Positions 42,606 to 57,400 of a stretch of DNA of 64,000 nt are shown one piece after another; position 1 is the stretch's first letter; each line of letters starts with the position of its first letter. This DNA is from Octopus vulgaris (Eukaryota). The stretch lies in the NCBI GenBank assembly GCA_951406725.2, contig OX597819.1:3410001-3474000 (forward strand), in the 5' to 3' direction. Made by a program: the position numbers and the translations under genes. The notes under the pieces are model-generated. The model was not told the DNA's origin. It worked only from the letters and a program-made list of their open reading frames with translations, and made no database searches.

Positions 42606-44578
42606 GGGAGACTTATATAATAGCAAAATATTCTGATACATATAACTAGCTAAATTTACGAATGCTTTAATTCAGGGATAAGGGAAACATTTTAGTACCA
42701 CAGCAAATTTCATGCGTATGAGAAACTGTGGGGTGCATCAGTACTGATTAAAATAACGAATTTTAAATATTACTAATTCATAGATATGAATACAGACAAA
42801 CAAAGAAACACATTTAAAATTCATTTAGGCGGAAGGCATTGTCCGTGACCCTTTACAGGGCCTCCGACACTGGTCAGAGGGAAGGAGGTCTCAAATAGAA
42901 GACCAGGTTCGAATGCTTACGACAGAGTGGGTTCACTAAAAGCACCCAGGGGACCAGGTGGTGGTATTAAACCGGGTGTTGGATTAACTCCAGTAACTAT
43001 TTAGCTTTAGCCAAATTTCAATTCAGAACGCATTGAGCTAAAATAAATAACACTGGACATTTAGTATATCGTTCCTACTCTTCTGTCAATCCGTCATCCT
43101 GTATTGGCACTTTTAAAAGAACGAAAGGCAAAGTTAACCGCAGCGGAATTTGAACTTAAAGTGCAGAGTATCAGATGAAAAACTACGAGGCATTCTCTCC
43201 GATACTCGTCGCCTTGATTGAATTATTATAATGCATAATTACTAGATAGTTATAATTTTCTAAATGCCACAAGAACTAAATTATAGTGATTATTATCTTT
43301 TAAATAAAATGAATCTTTTTGCCTTGCATCATTATTTTAAGACTGGCTTTGGAAAACTCAAAAATGTGACTCATGGTGACAATTCATAACGCCGATACAA
43401 ATCATATAGTTTTCAAAATTATTTTCTGTGTTTAAACATGTAAGTGGTTAAACTTAATATTGATAAAAGTTTTAAGATTGGTTGATAGAAACAATGATAA
43501 AATTTTCAATGTTGGTTCAAAAGTGTGTATTTTTCAATAGAATCTATAAGTTCAGGGTGTATAATCCATTAATCTGACTGGATTTCAAAGTATTATTTGA
43601 ATATAAATAGATTTGGGAGGAACTAGAAATTTTATGTGGCCTCAAATCAAAATAACTTTGGCATATTCGCATTTGGAGATTACGATTTTGTAAATTTTGA
43701 AGCCGCTTTTGAAATAGATTTCTAAGACAGAATCACTTTGTAACATACCCCATCATCAAATTTGGTTTCTGTTGATCCAGTATTGTTCACTTGTACTTAT
43801 TTATGGATTTTAGGTTCGCATTGAGGTATCTTTTGTCTACTAATTACATGAATAATTTTCGAAAATTTTCAATTTGTTATACTTAGGTTTCAGCTGGAAT
43901 TGGTCCAGGTCAAGCTCAACTTGATAGCACCAGCCACAGAAGACATTTAATCATGTTTTATGCTACAATCACATTTCCAACTCTGCTTATAGAGATATAT
44001 CCAGTCGTAAGTAGTTTACATTCAGTATGTGTTTTGGCGTAATGTTAAAGCAGGGAGAGTTGAAGTGAAATAGTTGTGTCTTAGTGTTGTGATGTAACCA
44101 TACAGTATTTTTAGACTCCCTTTCTATGTGTACCTACGTTCTATGTGTTAGTGTGATACTGAACCTGTGTCTGAATAAGGAATCGTTATTGTAAACACAA
44201 TCCTTTTTATATCATTTCATTAATTCAAATGTCTAAACTAAGAAGTTAATATCACCCATGTCCTTTCATTCAAATTTCAACGCTTACCCGAGACTGCTGC
44301 AGTAAAACAGGCTTGTAACATACGTCAGATATCATGTTATCACTTAAAATTTTCTGGTGCTTTTCTGTCCAAGTCGTGCTTGAAATTACTTTTGTTACTC
44401 CACGGTGTAATATATTGTCAGTAAATTTTCACGCAATATTCGTTTTATGATAGTTTTATTATTGTCTCCACCAGGAATAATTACTTTACAGTTGATCTAC
44501 CTCATAATCCTTTCAGCTATTGAAGTATTTTCCAATATAGCTAACATCCATTAACATCCAGCTTAGCATTCAATTGGT

Positions 44579-44880
44579 GGGCCCAGGCATGGCTGAGTAG
44601 CTGAGAAGATCGCTTTGCAATCATGAAGTATTGGGTTCGATCCGGCTATGTGGTATTTTTGGCAGCTGTCTTTACTATAGTCTCGAGTCGAACCACGTTT
44701 TGTGAGTGAAACTGTGTTGATGAAAACTGTTTGGAGACCGTATAATGGATTGAACCTATAATTCAAAGGTCCTGCTTTGTCAAACATTGTGTCATGCCGA
44801 TTGGGGTTGCAAATAATTATAAGGGCGCACATACCTGTGGAATACTTAACCTCATACACGTTAATTTAACTATCAAACCT
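44579..44880 (+). mobile_element. Old SINE with SINE-A-like head and SINE-C-like body
   Basis: Head and CORE-like part resemble SINE-A; 44750-44865 (ttcaaaggtcctgctttgtca...aagggcgcacatacctgtggaatact) matches the SINE-C body. Confidence 0.6.
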
Positions 44881-45479
44881 TCAGTTAATCTGAAGGTCCG
44901 ATTCAGTAACTTACTTCCTTACTGAAACCAAGGATCTGCCAATATTCAATGCAAAGTTTTCTTTTATATATAGTTATTAAAAAAGTATATACAAAGAATT
45001 CATCATAATTCAACTACTTTCACTTTCCTATCTTCTCTTGGTGTAAAACTCCCAGATATTTCTTGCATATAACATGCCATTGTTTGACATGTCGACAACG
45101 TATTATAAGTAAAATCTGATATAAGCTCCATATCTTGATTTTTGTTTATTATTCAAGTTGAATATTACAGTCCTTTATTTTCTTACATATTATGTAAGAA
45201 CTACTTAAAATGACACTTTTGTTCAAATTCATAACTATTTCTTCACCACTCATATGAAACTTTGAGCGCTGACTTCATTAACAACTTTGCATTGTTATGT
45301 AAATGACTTGTGTCAGTCACATATTTTATTCACATTTTGATAAATAGCTTCCTGCTACTATCATCGTCAGTTCTCAAAAAGGAAAGGCGGGAGAAGATTA
45401 ATGACTCGGTTAAATAAAGAAATCGAAATCAGCCAAAGGTTTTTGACCATATTTGGTTCCTATCTCATCTTCGTTCCTA

Positions 45480-46200
45480 TGGTCTCCACCTATCCCTTGT
45501 CTCGTGGATCGATAGTTTACGATCTGATCGCACCTTTGCCCCGCGTGTTGATGGAGCTGTTCCTCTCCCTCACTCCATCAACACCATGGTTCAGTTTTGT
45601 CTTTCAATCTCTTCCGTCTTATCATCAATGACATATTTGCTGATGACGCGACTCTTCATTCCACCCTAACATTCTCCGACAATTCATAATCCATTCGCAA
45701 CTTAGACACCACCTGCTAAACCCAGACTGACTCCAAGATCAGAGACTCTATGAAAGCACTTACCAATTGGAATGCTCCAATCTTATTCTTTTCTATAGCA
45801 TGAAACACAAACTATATTCATGTCAAGAACACATCACTGGACCACACCTCCCTAATCAGCCGGAACTCCCCAAATCGCATCGCGTCGATTTGGGTTCTCA
45901 CTATCACTGAGACTCTCCTTATAAAAGCACATCTTTATCATAACTAGGATCACATCTAGGATCGGATGATAATTCAGCCTTCAACAATTTTGATACTTTA
46001 CAAAGCTTAGGGGAGACCCACAATGGGAATATGCTTCCCTTGCACACACGGATACCCTAGGTCGCATCCAGAAAAGGAAACCTGATTGATTGTCATAAAA
46101 CCATTCACACTCTCTAGCCTCTGGCCCACAGGTGAACTGTCTCTGTCTGTCTGCCTTTTGTTTGTCTTTGCCTATCTGTTTACTTTGTGTACCGCTACTA
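45480..46200 (+). mobile_element. Degenerate CR1/Jockey-group RT remnant
   Basis: HGSVLSFNLFRLIINDIFADDATLH; RPQWEYAS. Confidence 0.65.
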
Positions 46201-47649
46201 CTCCTTGGAGGTGGCTGGGCAAATGCCTCCTCCACTCAGGAGTTCCCATCTTACTCGTCTTTCCTCCCCCTAGTTAAATTAAGGAGCACGAAAGTTTCGG
46301 TATTTCATTGTTGCAGATATGCCTAGTAGTAAGTGCCACAGCGAGACTACTTGGTTTTTAGATGAATATCTATCAATCGAATTACACATGTTCCTGTGTT
46401 ACTCTTGCCTTCAGAAATACTGTGAACAAAGTGAATGACCCATTAGAAATCTGTAGCATTGAACTAAATACGTTGTCAAAGGAGATATAAGGAACAATTC
46501 CATATAACTGTAAAAGAAATACCAAAAAAGCAAAAAAAAAAACAAAACAAAACAACAGATCATAAGAATGACTTCAATTGATTGCCTCTGAAATAGTTGA
46601 AATGATGGGCAAAAAATGATGCTATAATTTATGATAAAGTGGAAACAATATATCATGAGTCAAATTACCAGAGGGAAAGATTTAAGGTCATTGAAAGATA
46701 GTCCAACACTTGAAGATAAGTATTATAGGACTTCAGCCTCACTCTATTACTGGTACCTGTAGCGGAGACAAAGGAGAGTCAATCCTGTTAGGATATATGG
46801 AAGAAGCAATGTAATAGTTGATGGAGCTATTGTGTCTTAATTTAGAATTCGGTCATTCACTATATTGATTTGTCAATGATTGTATTTCTTATTAAGTGGG
46901 GGTTTGGCTATTCCTAACATCGATAGTTATCAACGATGTTCGCTAAGGATTTACTTGCGCATTACTGTCTTGTTTACCTTCAGTAGAAATATACTGAGAA
47001 CTACCGAATGTCTGTCTTTATAGCATTAGAAAAGACAGAGAAACATATTCTTTTATTTTGCGCAAAATAACCTCATTCTGTTCTAGTTCTTTGAAAGAGA
47101 AATAGTAAAAACAATATAGGTATTTTCTTTGCTAACATATAACTAAAACAAAGTATAAATGAGAAACCTAAAGTAAAATCAATACATTATATGAGTTAAT
47201 GTCTTTAAACGTATTCAACAGATTTAAAGCATAACTGTAAAATTGCTATATAAATTACTAAATGCTGATCGGTCAAAATCATAGACTGTCTGTTCAATGA
47301 ATCGATATTACAAACGCTCTTATGATCACGTCAATATGCAGATCTTCTGTTGTATATTTATATTTTCCAAATAGTTCAAATATTATGTGAATTTTCAACT
47401 ATAATGACAATCCTTTCGATTGACTCTATTTGTATATTTACATTAAATGTTTTAATTAATTTAAATTTAGGAGTTCTCTTTCTTGCTTTCTTTGAAAAGA
47501 ATTGTCATTAAAACATTATTTCCTTCTCAATACGGGTAGAATTTCAACTGAGTGAGCATTTTATGGTAGAACTATATTTTGTTTGTCAGTAATTAAATGG
47601 ATGAAAAAGAGTTGGTTTTTATTTGGCGAAAATATCATATAATATTATA

Positions 47650-48450
47650 TTGCGCAGCTCAACTATAATAAAAGTCGTTTTTTAACAGGATGTCAATATA
47701 TTTCAGTTTTGACCAATCTTGCTTCCGAGACGAATTCCTGAGCTTCTATGATGAGAATACAGTAATGAGCCAATACGTTCCTAAATGAACTTATTCTAAA
47801 AATGAATGTTGGTAAATGAGAATCCTATTCTAAAAATTAATGTGGATAAGCCAATCGTAGAATGGCTTCGAAAAGTTGGAAACGAAATTTAAAAGCTATT
47901 GATATTTTGTAATGTAATACTCTGAATCATATGTAAATGAAGACGAGAGTATGCTAAATTAGGCAATGGATGCTTATCGTATATCTGAGAGGAAGTATAA
48001 AGTATTTCATATATTATTTTTGAAGGATGTTTTTGAGAAAGCTATACTACTTGTAAAGATGAACATTCTTGATAAACTTTGGGGGCACATCTCCTATTGC
48101 TATTCTAGAAACTAATTAAAGTTTGTCTTACAGCATATTATGTATGAGGTTTAGAATTTATGAAAAGCCAAAGGCAATAGAGAATCGAACTCTGGAAAAT
48201 TATCATTTCAACAGCCTATTTTTGTATTTTTTAGCTGAGATAATTGGAAAGAAAGAAAATTAAATTCTCACAGGTTATAAACACATGCCGCGCATGCTCA
48301 CGCTGCGCACTCAGAAAATTCTGACATTGGGGTTACAATGAAGTTTTGTAACTCATTAAAATATTATCATTACTACTGGGTATGTAAGACGATGAAATAA
48401 AGCATGGATGCGTTATTTGTATGTATGTCAGAATCTTATGGACCGATGTT
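47650..48450 (+). mobile_element. Possible piggyBac transposase fossil
   Basis: DE motif near 47750; KPI..GF.K.W-like near 47850; TGYVR near 48376; heavily disrupted. Confidence 0.35.
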
Positions 48451-49262
48451 CTAATGTTACCAGGTACAACATATCAATATACTGTACAGTAATTCTCTAT
48501 GGGGCATAGAATAAGTAACAATAAAACACTTCAGTAAAAATAAACAATAAATTCTACTTAAATCAGAATTATAAATAATGAATGTAAACATACGAGGTTG
48601 TTGATATTTGTTCATCCAAAGTCGGTCCTGATTGAAGAAACCTATGATCCAAAGCATTCCATCTATGACTACTCCGCCTTATTCAAGCAATGAATACTCA
48701 GTAATACAATATCGAATATGTGCTGTTTTGAGACAATAATATGTGATTTAATTGGAATTTGGATGCTGTTTCTAACAGCTCAAACAACCTTGTGGAAGCT
48801 CTCTCTTGACACTGTTTATTTCAAAACTTTCCAGCTAGCCTGTTTCATATTTAAATGTCAAATCAGGCAACTATTTTCAATATTAATTGGGGGTGAGGAC
48901 GAAATTCAAAGTACAGGTGACGAATAACATGAAAATTGTAACCGAAACAGAAATGAGATATCATTATTTAAACAAAAAAAACCCCAAAAAAACAAACACA
49001 TACACTCAAGAAAACTAGTGATAACTGCTGAGAATGGGAAGTGCCAGAACAATAAAGTGAATCAACATTACCGACTAAAGTTTGTATCTTTATCACTGAT
49101 TTAATTATAGATCGAGGTCAGCTTCGATTTTTAGCCTTTCGGAGTCCATAAAATAAAGCACCAGTCAAGTACTAACGATGATGTAACCGATTGCCCCTCC
49201 CCTAAAATTGCTGCCCTTGAGTCAAAGCTAGAAGAAATGGTACCTTTTCTAGTTACAAATAT

Positions 49263-49472
49263 GTGGAGGCACGTTGGACTCATGATCGTAAGATTGTGGT
49301 TTCGATTCCTGGATTGGGCGATGCGTTGTGTTCTTGAGCAAAACACTTTGCTCCAATCCACTCAGTTGGCAAAAAATGAATAATCCTGTTCCGGAGCAGC
49401 ATCCCGTCCGGGTGGGGAATGTATAAGTCATGAAACCGGGAAACATGACTCAAGAAGGTAACTTTACCTTTT
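49263..49472 (+). mobile_element. SINE with SINE-C-like head and a different body
   Basis: gtggaggc...ggtttcgattcc head; gttcttgagcaaaacactt; gcatcccgtccggg. Confidence 0.6.
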
Positions 49473-50065
49473 TTGTGTATTATCTTATTAGTTACACAAA
49501 TACAAGACAGAGTGTTTAGTTGGACTGTTGCTAGTAAAACGTTTATAGTTTTAGTCTAACTCCGTATTTTTTTAATCTTTCCTTATTTACATGTGTTTCA
49601 ATTTAATATTGTAGTTTAGTTTCTGTTAGAATTGTATTAGAAGCATCTCCTTAACTCCGTATTATATTAAAATTTACATTTATAATTTGAAGATAAACCT
49701 CAAATTGAACTGATGCAGTGCTTTATTTAAATTTGTTTCTGTAAAAAACATTCAGGTTCAATTGTTTAAAGAAATGCATTCATAACGTTAACTTCTCAGG
49801 CAAAATGCAATATCCCTTAAAAATTCATTTCAGTAATTTTCTATTCAATTAATTATTAAAATACCTTAGAACATTTTTTTTTCCAAATTCCAATCTCATG
49901 TAGGCTAGAATAATGGAAGCGTTTAGAAATTCAATTTTCAAATATTGCATTCAAAGAGTTGTTGAAATACACATAATAACACATGATTCCAAGCAGATAT
50001 GACGACTAGTTTGTCGCAAGAAGCGTTTCTTGTTGATTTTTATCAGACGTTAAATATTAAAGGAA

Positions 50066-51038
50066 CTCTCTTTACTCTTTTACTTGTTTCAGTCATTTGA
50101 CTGCGGCCATGCTGGAGCACCGCCTTTAGTCGAGCAAATCGACCCCGGGACTTATTCTTTGTAAGCCCAGTACTTATTCTATCGGTCTATTTTGCCGAAC
50201 CGCTAAGTGACGGGGACGTAAACACACCAGTATCGGTTGTCAAGCAATGCTAGGGGGACAAACACAGACACACAAACATATACATACACACTTATATATA
50301 TACGACAGGCTTCTTTCAGTTTCCGTCTACCAAATCCACTCACAAGGCGTTGGTCGGCCCGGGGCTATAGCAGAGGACACTTGCCCAAGATGCCACGCAG
50401 TGGGACTGAACCCGGAACCATGAGGTTGGTTAGCAAGCTATTTACCACACAGCCACTCCGCCTATATTAATTTTCCCTAAAATCAAATTATCTTAGACAA
50501 GGCGCAGGTATGGCTGTGTGGCAATAAGTTTGCTTTCCAACCGCATGGTTCAGCCCCACTGCGCAAATATCTTTTACTATAGCCTCGGGCAGACCAAAAG
50601 CCTCGTAAGTTAGTTTGGTAGACGGAAACTGAAAGAAGCCCGTCGTGTATACTCTTTACTCTTTTACTTGTTTCAGTCATTTGACTGCGGCCATGCAGGA
50701 GCACCGCCTTTAGTCGAGCAAATCGACCCCGGGACTTATTCTTTGTAAGCCCAGTACTTATTCTATCGGTTTTTTGCGGAACCGCTAAGTGACGGGGACG
50801 TAAACACAACAACATCGGTTGTGAAGCAATGCTAGAGGGACAAACACACACACACACACATACACACATATACACATATATACGACAGGCTTCTTTCAGT
50901 TTCCGTCTACCAAATCCACTCACAAGGCATTGGTCGGCCCGGGGCTATAGTAGAAGACACTTGCCCAAGATGTCACGCAGTGGGACTGAACCCGGAACCA
51001 TGTGGTTGGTTAGCATGCTACTTACCACACAGCCACTC

Positions 51039-51041
<3 letters not shown>
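50066..51041 (-). mobile_element. SINE-A cluster: 50066-50463 (-), head 50500-50650 (+), 50652-51041 (-)
   Basis: Two near-identical full copies flanking an opposite-strand head. Confidence 0.92.
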
Positions 51042-51092
<51 letters not shown>

Positions 51093-51099
<7 letters not shown>

Positions 51100-51486
51100 T
51101 AAATTAGAGACAAAACCACTATTAGGCAAATTAAATAATGAAAAACTTAAGCCAATACATATGATTATTTAATTAATATTATTTAAATATATATCAAAAT
51201 TATTAAAACAATATAATTAATATCACACTACGATCGTTTCATGCCTGCTAACTTCTTCAAATTTTTGAGTCGCAGTCAAGCGATGGTGGGAGACAAACAT
51301 CCCCCACACGCATACACATATATATGTACGGCGAGATTCTTTTAGTTTCCTTCTATCAAATCCACCCACAAGGCTTTGGTTGACCTGAGGCTATAGCAGA
51401 AGACACTCACTTAAGGCACAACGCAGTTGCACTGAACGCGAAACCATATCGTTGGGAAGCAAGCTTCTTATCACATAACCACGCCA
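51093..51486 (-). mobile_element. Partial hammerhead element (51093-51279) joined to a diverged SINE-A (51280-51486)
   Basis: Matches 36260-36444, then SINE-A 5' half. Confidence 0.75.
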
Positions 51487-54400
51487 AACATATATATATA
51501 TATACAATGTATACATTGAGATTATCAAGATTGCTGGCAAATATTTTGAAATGTAAGATTTGAAAGTTAGAATTATTTATTGAAGTAATGCATTTACAGT
51601 CGATTCAACCCTTTATTTGCACTGCCATTACAAACGTTTATATAGTCTACGTTTGAAAGCAATGTTTGTAGCCTTATATGATACTGTACAACAAATATAA
51701 ATCCATTGAGCTCAAAGGAATTTATCGAACGTATTGAAAGATGATAGAAATTTCCAGCAAGCAGTGAAAACTGATTCAAATTATTTATATATTCTTATTT
51801 AAGACATCAATATATTTTATATTTTATTAAACATTGTCTTTATTTTAATTCTTCAATGATTACACAATTTATTATAGAAGGAGCCATACAGTGATGTTTG
51901 TATGAGATAGTCCCAGAATAATTGGCTTTTGAATTAAATGCTCATAAATTATTTATTTTCGGCCATGGTTTGGCACCATTGTCATAGTGTCTTAGATGCG
52001 TACAATGAAGCGGTTTTACACAAACGTTTACACTGGCGAGAGGCTGAAGATATTTCGGTAAGAAATAAAGTACTTTCAGCTGGCAATAGAAATTGGGCCG
52101 CTGACATGGCGCTATAGAATTTTATTTGCGAGGCTATATCACTGTATTGATCTCGTAATGATGAATATTAATATTTTCCATTTAAATCGCCGGCCAATTA
52201 TTCCATTGATGTGTTTTTGTTGCTGTTAATACTATTTGTCTCAAAAGCAACAACGATTTTACTGATTTGAATGCTTTCTTGGCATGTATTCGATTTAAAT
52301 TGTTACAACATCAGTTCCTTGATTTGCTACATCTCTCTCATTTCGGACAATAATAATCAACTATTAAGCATGAAACATGATGATTAAAAACAGAATGATC
52401 AAATGTTGCCCCCTATTATTTGACCGGACGTGATTCACTTGACTACAACAGAATTTGCAATGATTAAGCGTGAATACAACTACCTTTCAAAAAAAAAAAA
52501 AGGAAAAAACAAAAGAGAGAAATTTATGCACATTTATTGACAATTTGCTAATGATTTTTTGACGTTTAAATATTTTCTCTTTATCTCATACTATAACATT
52601 ATTGAAAGAATTAATTATCTTATTTACATCATCTTTCATCGATCTCGAATATTTATAAATTGCTTGCTTACCTTTGTATCACGAACTAAAACTGAGTCAG
52701 AATTTTCAGAATTATCGAGTGAAGTGTCAGCATAAAGCCATAAATAATCGATTTTCTGCCCGCTAGCCACTGACTGAAAAGATGTCTTCATGACTTTTCT
52801 GTCAGTAGGCAACTAGTTATTCGATCATTGCAATTAGTTTATATTATATGAGAAAGGAGCATCTTGCATTGAACACTTGTAACATATATCATTCTAAGTA
52901 GTTTTATATACTGACTGAATGCGATCTACAAATCCAAATATACCATGCCTCTATCTAGTTTACGACAATTTTGTGCATTTCATACAATAGTTTATAGTAC
53001 TGGACGCTGAGTGTGACGAGCCGAAAAAAAGGATTCTCTATGTTGTCTCCCGACTTTTCACCAAGCTTCCTTCTATCAACTCACTACTATAATTGATTTC
53101 AAATTTTGGCACAAGGCCAGTAGCTTCAACTGGTACTTATTTTATCGAATCCAAAAGGACTAAAGGTAAAGTCGACTCAGGAGGTAAAGACAGACGAAAT
53201 ATGCTAAGCATTTCGCTCGGCGTGCTAACGATTCTCGCAGCTCGCCACCTTACTTTCTCTACTGTAATTTAAAAAGTAATTTATTGAATAGCCTATCTGC
53301 TGAAGCTAGACATGACTCAATTGCATTTTGGATGATTTTGGGATTTAGGCTCTTTTACTCCATCTCATATACCTCCGTTCCTCTTAAGAATAACATCACC
53401 AAGACTTGATTAAATTTTTTTGTTTTTTTCAATTTTATGTTGCATTACATAGACAAGTGCTATGTTTTGGCTTTAAAAGAGTAATTTTAAGGTGAAACAT
53501 TTGTAACTTTCCTAAGGATTTTCAGTGTAAGGTAAAAACCTTTCCGCTACTAGGGTTATAGAAACGCAAACATAATCAACAAATAGCTGATTATCATAAA
53601 ACGTCTCGGAAAATATCGACGAATCCTTTTTTTAAAAACGACAGCTTATAACGGATAAAACTGAAAATTGAACTGACAAGTCGGAAACATTCTGGGTGCT
53701 ATCTGTTTTGGCCAGACTATATAAAAAAAGAAGCATTAATAATTATGCCATTGTAAGATGCTTCCTGGGTTGTAAATTTTTCATGTGGAATCAATCAGCA
53801 GTAATCTAAATTAAAGGGAGATTAACTGAGACGTTTGATGAAATCTCGTGAGATATTGATATCCGTGGATAATTTTGTAATTATTTTGAGACCAACATTG
53901 GCAACACAATAAATTATTCTCCTGAGAAACCAAATGAAACATGGAGCAAATATGAACATGTAGCCAAGAGATATGTAACGCAAAATCTCGCATACCCGCT
54001 TTGTTGCTTCTACAGCCTGTATAAAAAATTCATAAGAATGCCAAAAATGGGGAGGGATTGTGTGACTGGCGAGGGAAACAAAATGTTTTCTTGCACGCAG
54101 CTTTACGATTTGAGTTGAAACCCTGTCAATCTTTACTTTACATTTTTATCTCACCCAGATTGACAAAATAAGAACCAACCATGCGATCAATTCAATATTT
54201 CATGTGATCAATTCAATATTTCATTAAAACTGAATCAAAATTGGACATCAATATTAAAGACTATGATTTTCTTGCAAAATAATAATTTTTTATCAGTGAA
54301 GGAAAATATTGAACTAAATTAACTCAAAATATTTTAGCGCGGAATTACTTTGCGAAATAATGCAAACGAACAACTAAGGCAGATTTCTCACATATATGCA

Positions 54401-54659
54401 AGAGCATATGCAAACATTTTTAACGATTAACTGTAGACTAGAGGTAAACAACTCACTGCTAGTTCATGAAGAGTGCCTTAGTAATTTCTGTGTTGTTCAT
54501 AACATATTGCATATAATCATTAAACATTTTATATGCATATATCCATATTATGTAATGAATTAGCTCTGTAATGAAAACCTTACCAATACCGCATACTTAA
54601 AGTATGCCAGAAAATGCGGCTTACTATCCGTGAAAAATCCCTCTCAGACGCATAATATT

Positions 54660-54873
54660 CTTTTCTACTCTAGGCACAAAGCCCGAAATTTTTGGGGAGG
54701 GGGCCAGTCGATTAAATCGATCCCAGTATGCAACTGGTACTTTATTTATCGACCCTCAAAGGATGAAAGGCAAAGTCGACTTCGGCGGAATTTGAACTCA
54801 AAACGTAAAGACAGACGAAATACCGCTAAACATTTCGCTCGGTGTGCTAACGTTTCTGTCAGCTCGCCGCCTT
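54660..54873 (-). mobile_element. SINE-B variant with alternative tail and 16-bp TSD
   Basis: TSD tcagacgcataatatt at 54644-54659 and 54874-54889; tail ...gggctttgtgcctagagtagaaaag. Confidence 0.92.
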
Positions 54874-55151
54874 TCAGACGCATAATATTAAAACAAAATA
54901 CAATATATGTCAGAGCTAGGCGAAACGAAATCGCTCTATAAGTGATTACATTGGTTGCAAATATGAATTTCGCAGTAATTGCGTTTCATGAATGTCGCGC
55001 ACGCAAGTCACTTCTAAAACGAAATCGAAACCTTTATCCTGAAGTATATGCAAATAGTGTAAAAACTATTTGATGATTTGCAATGGCACTGCACAGGAAG
55101 AATACATTCAGATTAGGCAATAGAAGTAAATCTATGATGTGAACATTATGA

Positions 55152-55152
<1 letters not shown>

Positions 55153-55211
<59 letters not shown>

Positions 55212-55486
55212 GTGTATGTAGGTATGTATGTATGTGTGCATGTGTGTATGTATGTGTGTATGTATGAATGTATGTATGTGTGTATGTATGTATGTGTGTA
55301 TGTGTGTATGTATGTATGTATGTATGTATGTATGTATGTATGTATGTATGTATGTGTGTGTATGTGTGTATGTATGTATGTATGTATGTATGTGTGTGTG
55401 TGTGTGTATGTGTCTATGTATGTATGTATGTATGTATGTATGTATGTATGTATGTATGTATGTATGTATGTATGTATGTATGTATG
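55153..55486. repeat. (TG)n/(TATG)n microsatellite
   Basis: Compound array. Confidence 0.97.
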
Positions 55487-55893
55487 AAAGCGTGCATGCA
55501 GCCAATCCATGGAGTTGTTAGAGTTGTAATTGTTCCAGGTGTCTGAGCTCAGAGTTCAAATTCTGCTGGAATTAACTTTCATCCTTCGGAGTTGATAAAT
55601 AAGTCGATAAATAAAGCACCAGTCTTGCCCTAGAGTCGATTAATTTCTTTCGCTATATCTTTCCTTTTTGTCTCTCTTTTTCTCTCCTTCCGGAAGAAAT
55701 CGATTGCATTCAGATCAGCTTCACCAGTTCTAAAACTATAAATGCGTTACTATTAAATAGTTTAGTAGAGGACAGTGAAATTGTTTAATTATTCAAGATG
55801 TTGTAAAAATGTATGCTGGGTTTCATTAGTTGAGTCTAAGATACTGTCGACCTACATACATACATACACACATACATACATACATACATACAA

Positions 55894-55942
<49 letters not shown>

Positions 55943-56349
55943 AGAAGACAGACAAATAGACAGACAAACACATACACACACATATAAGATTTCAGATTAG
56001 TGTCTATCCAAACAATGCTTTTATTGGTTCCTCTCTTTGAAATGAGGGCATGTTGTGGTCACTGCCTTAAATAGGTTCAATCTATCATTCTATGCTTCTG
56101 CATCGTCCTCGTCTACAAAATTACACTCAAAAGGCATCGACCAGATGTTCAAACTAATCTCAAATTTATCTCTATTACAAGTCTTCTATTTAAGTAATTT
56201 GTTCATGTATTTTACATATTCATCATAACATATATTTTTGTAGGATTTGTTATTATTCATTAAATTTATCGTTTTCAACAGAAGTATGTTTACCCTATGT
56301 ACATTGTTGTACGTTACACTTGTACGTGTTATTTTTATATCAACGCCAT

Positions 56350-57400
56350 TTGCAAATAATTAGGTCTTGAATTGTTTCAAACCGATCTAAAAAATCAATT
56401 TCCGCTGAATCTAAACACGAAGTGAGCAATAAATATCCAAAACTCTACAAGATGATAATGAATCGACGTATACGTTTGTAGAGTTAGTTAAAATATTCAC
56501 TAGCACATAACTCATGTACTGGCATGAATATCTTCTGTTGCATAGAAGTCCCAGCGGAAAAAGTGAAGATTACAATTATTTTTATGCTTTGGCAATTCTA
56601 TTTAGCTGATGTGTTACTAAATCTCTTCTCAGCAAACATTCTAATAACCATTTCAGCTACCAGGAAATATATTTTAAAACGTGTTAATCAGCTAAAAGGT
56701 TTTAAAATGGAACCAGTGGCATTGATTTGGTAGCTAATCATAGAATGTTCCTCTTTGAACAAGGTGTTCTTCAATATATTTTCAAGAATTTATAATACAT
56801 AACTGGATGATAGAATATAGGCACTTCACGAAAATTTGATGATATTACGAAGCAAGAAGTTTCTACTGCCAGTATTTTAGACGATACGAAAAACATACTC
56901 AACATCAGTTTATGCAATGCTTAAGATTTATGATGACATTGAACAGAAGCTATTTGACCGAACAATAAACAAACATATGCTCTCTCTCTAAAATAAGTAG
57001 TGTTTTTGGGTATCAATCAAAGTGTGATAGCATTTAGAGAGACCTAAGTTATGTAAACTGAAACCGAGAGAAGAAACAGATTTCTATAAGCAAATGTTAA
57101 GTAGATGATATTTCATTACCTAACCGTACACACTGGTTTTTATTAGAAAATTCAAAAAGAAGGTGTAACAGGAAAACACACAAGCTCAAATTAAAACTAA
57201 CAATCTTTCTGAGTTTCAATTTTTATACTTTTGCGAATTCATTGTAAAATAAGAAGATATTCTTGTTAAATTCTTTGCCTTGAACATATTAGAAGTACTG
57301 AGCAAACGTGTAGGAAGCTGTGACTGAGTGACAGCTAAACTTACTCGACACAGCTGGACTATTAAGAGACAGAGTGGAAAAGGCATTCAAAATTAATAGT
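56350..57400 (+). mobile_element. Possible hAT (Charlie/Buster-type) transposase fossil
   Basis: YLLLH near 56529, YLADV near 56600, MF near 56745, in the expected order; disrupted. Confidence 0.4.

Noticed and set aside
51950-52480. hAT-like YDNGA and C..H motifs on the minus strand
   Set aside because: Motifs are in the wrong order and too degenerate
53800-54000. Possible MULE transposase remnant (NYFE...W)
   Set aside because: Too short and weak to support
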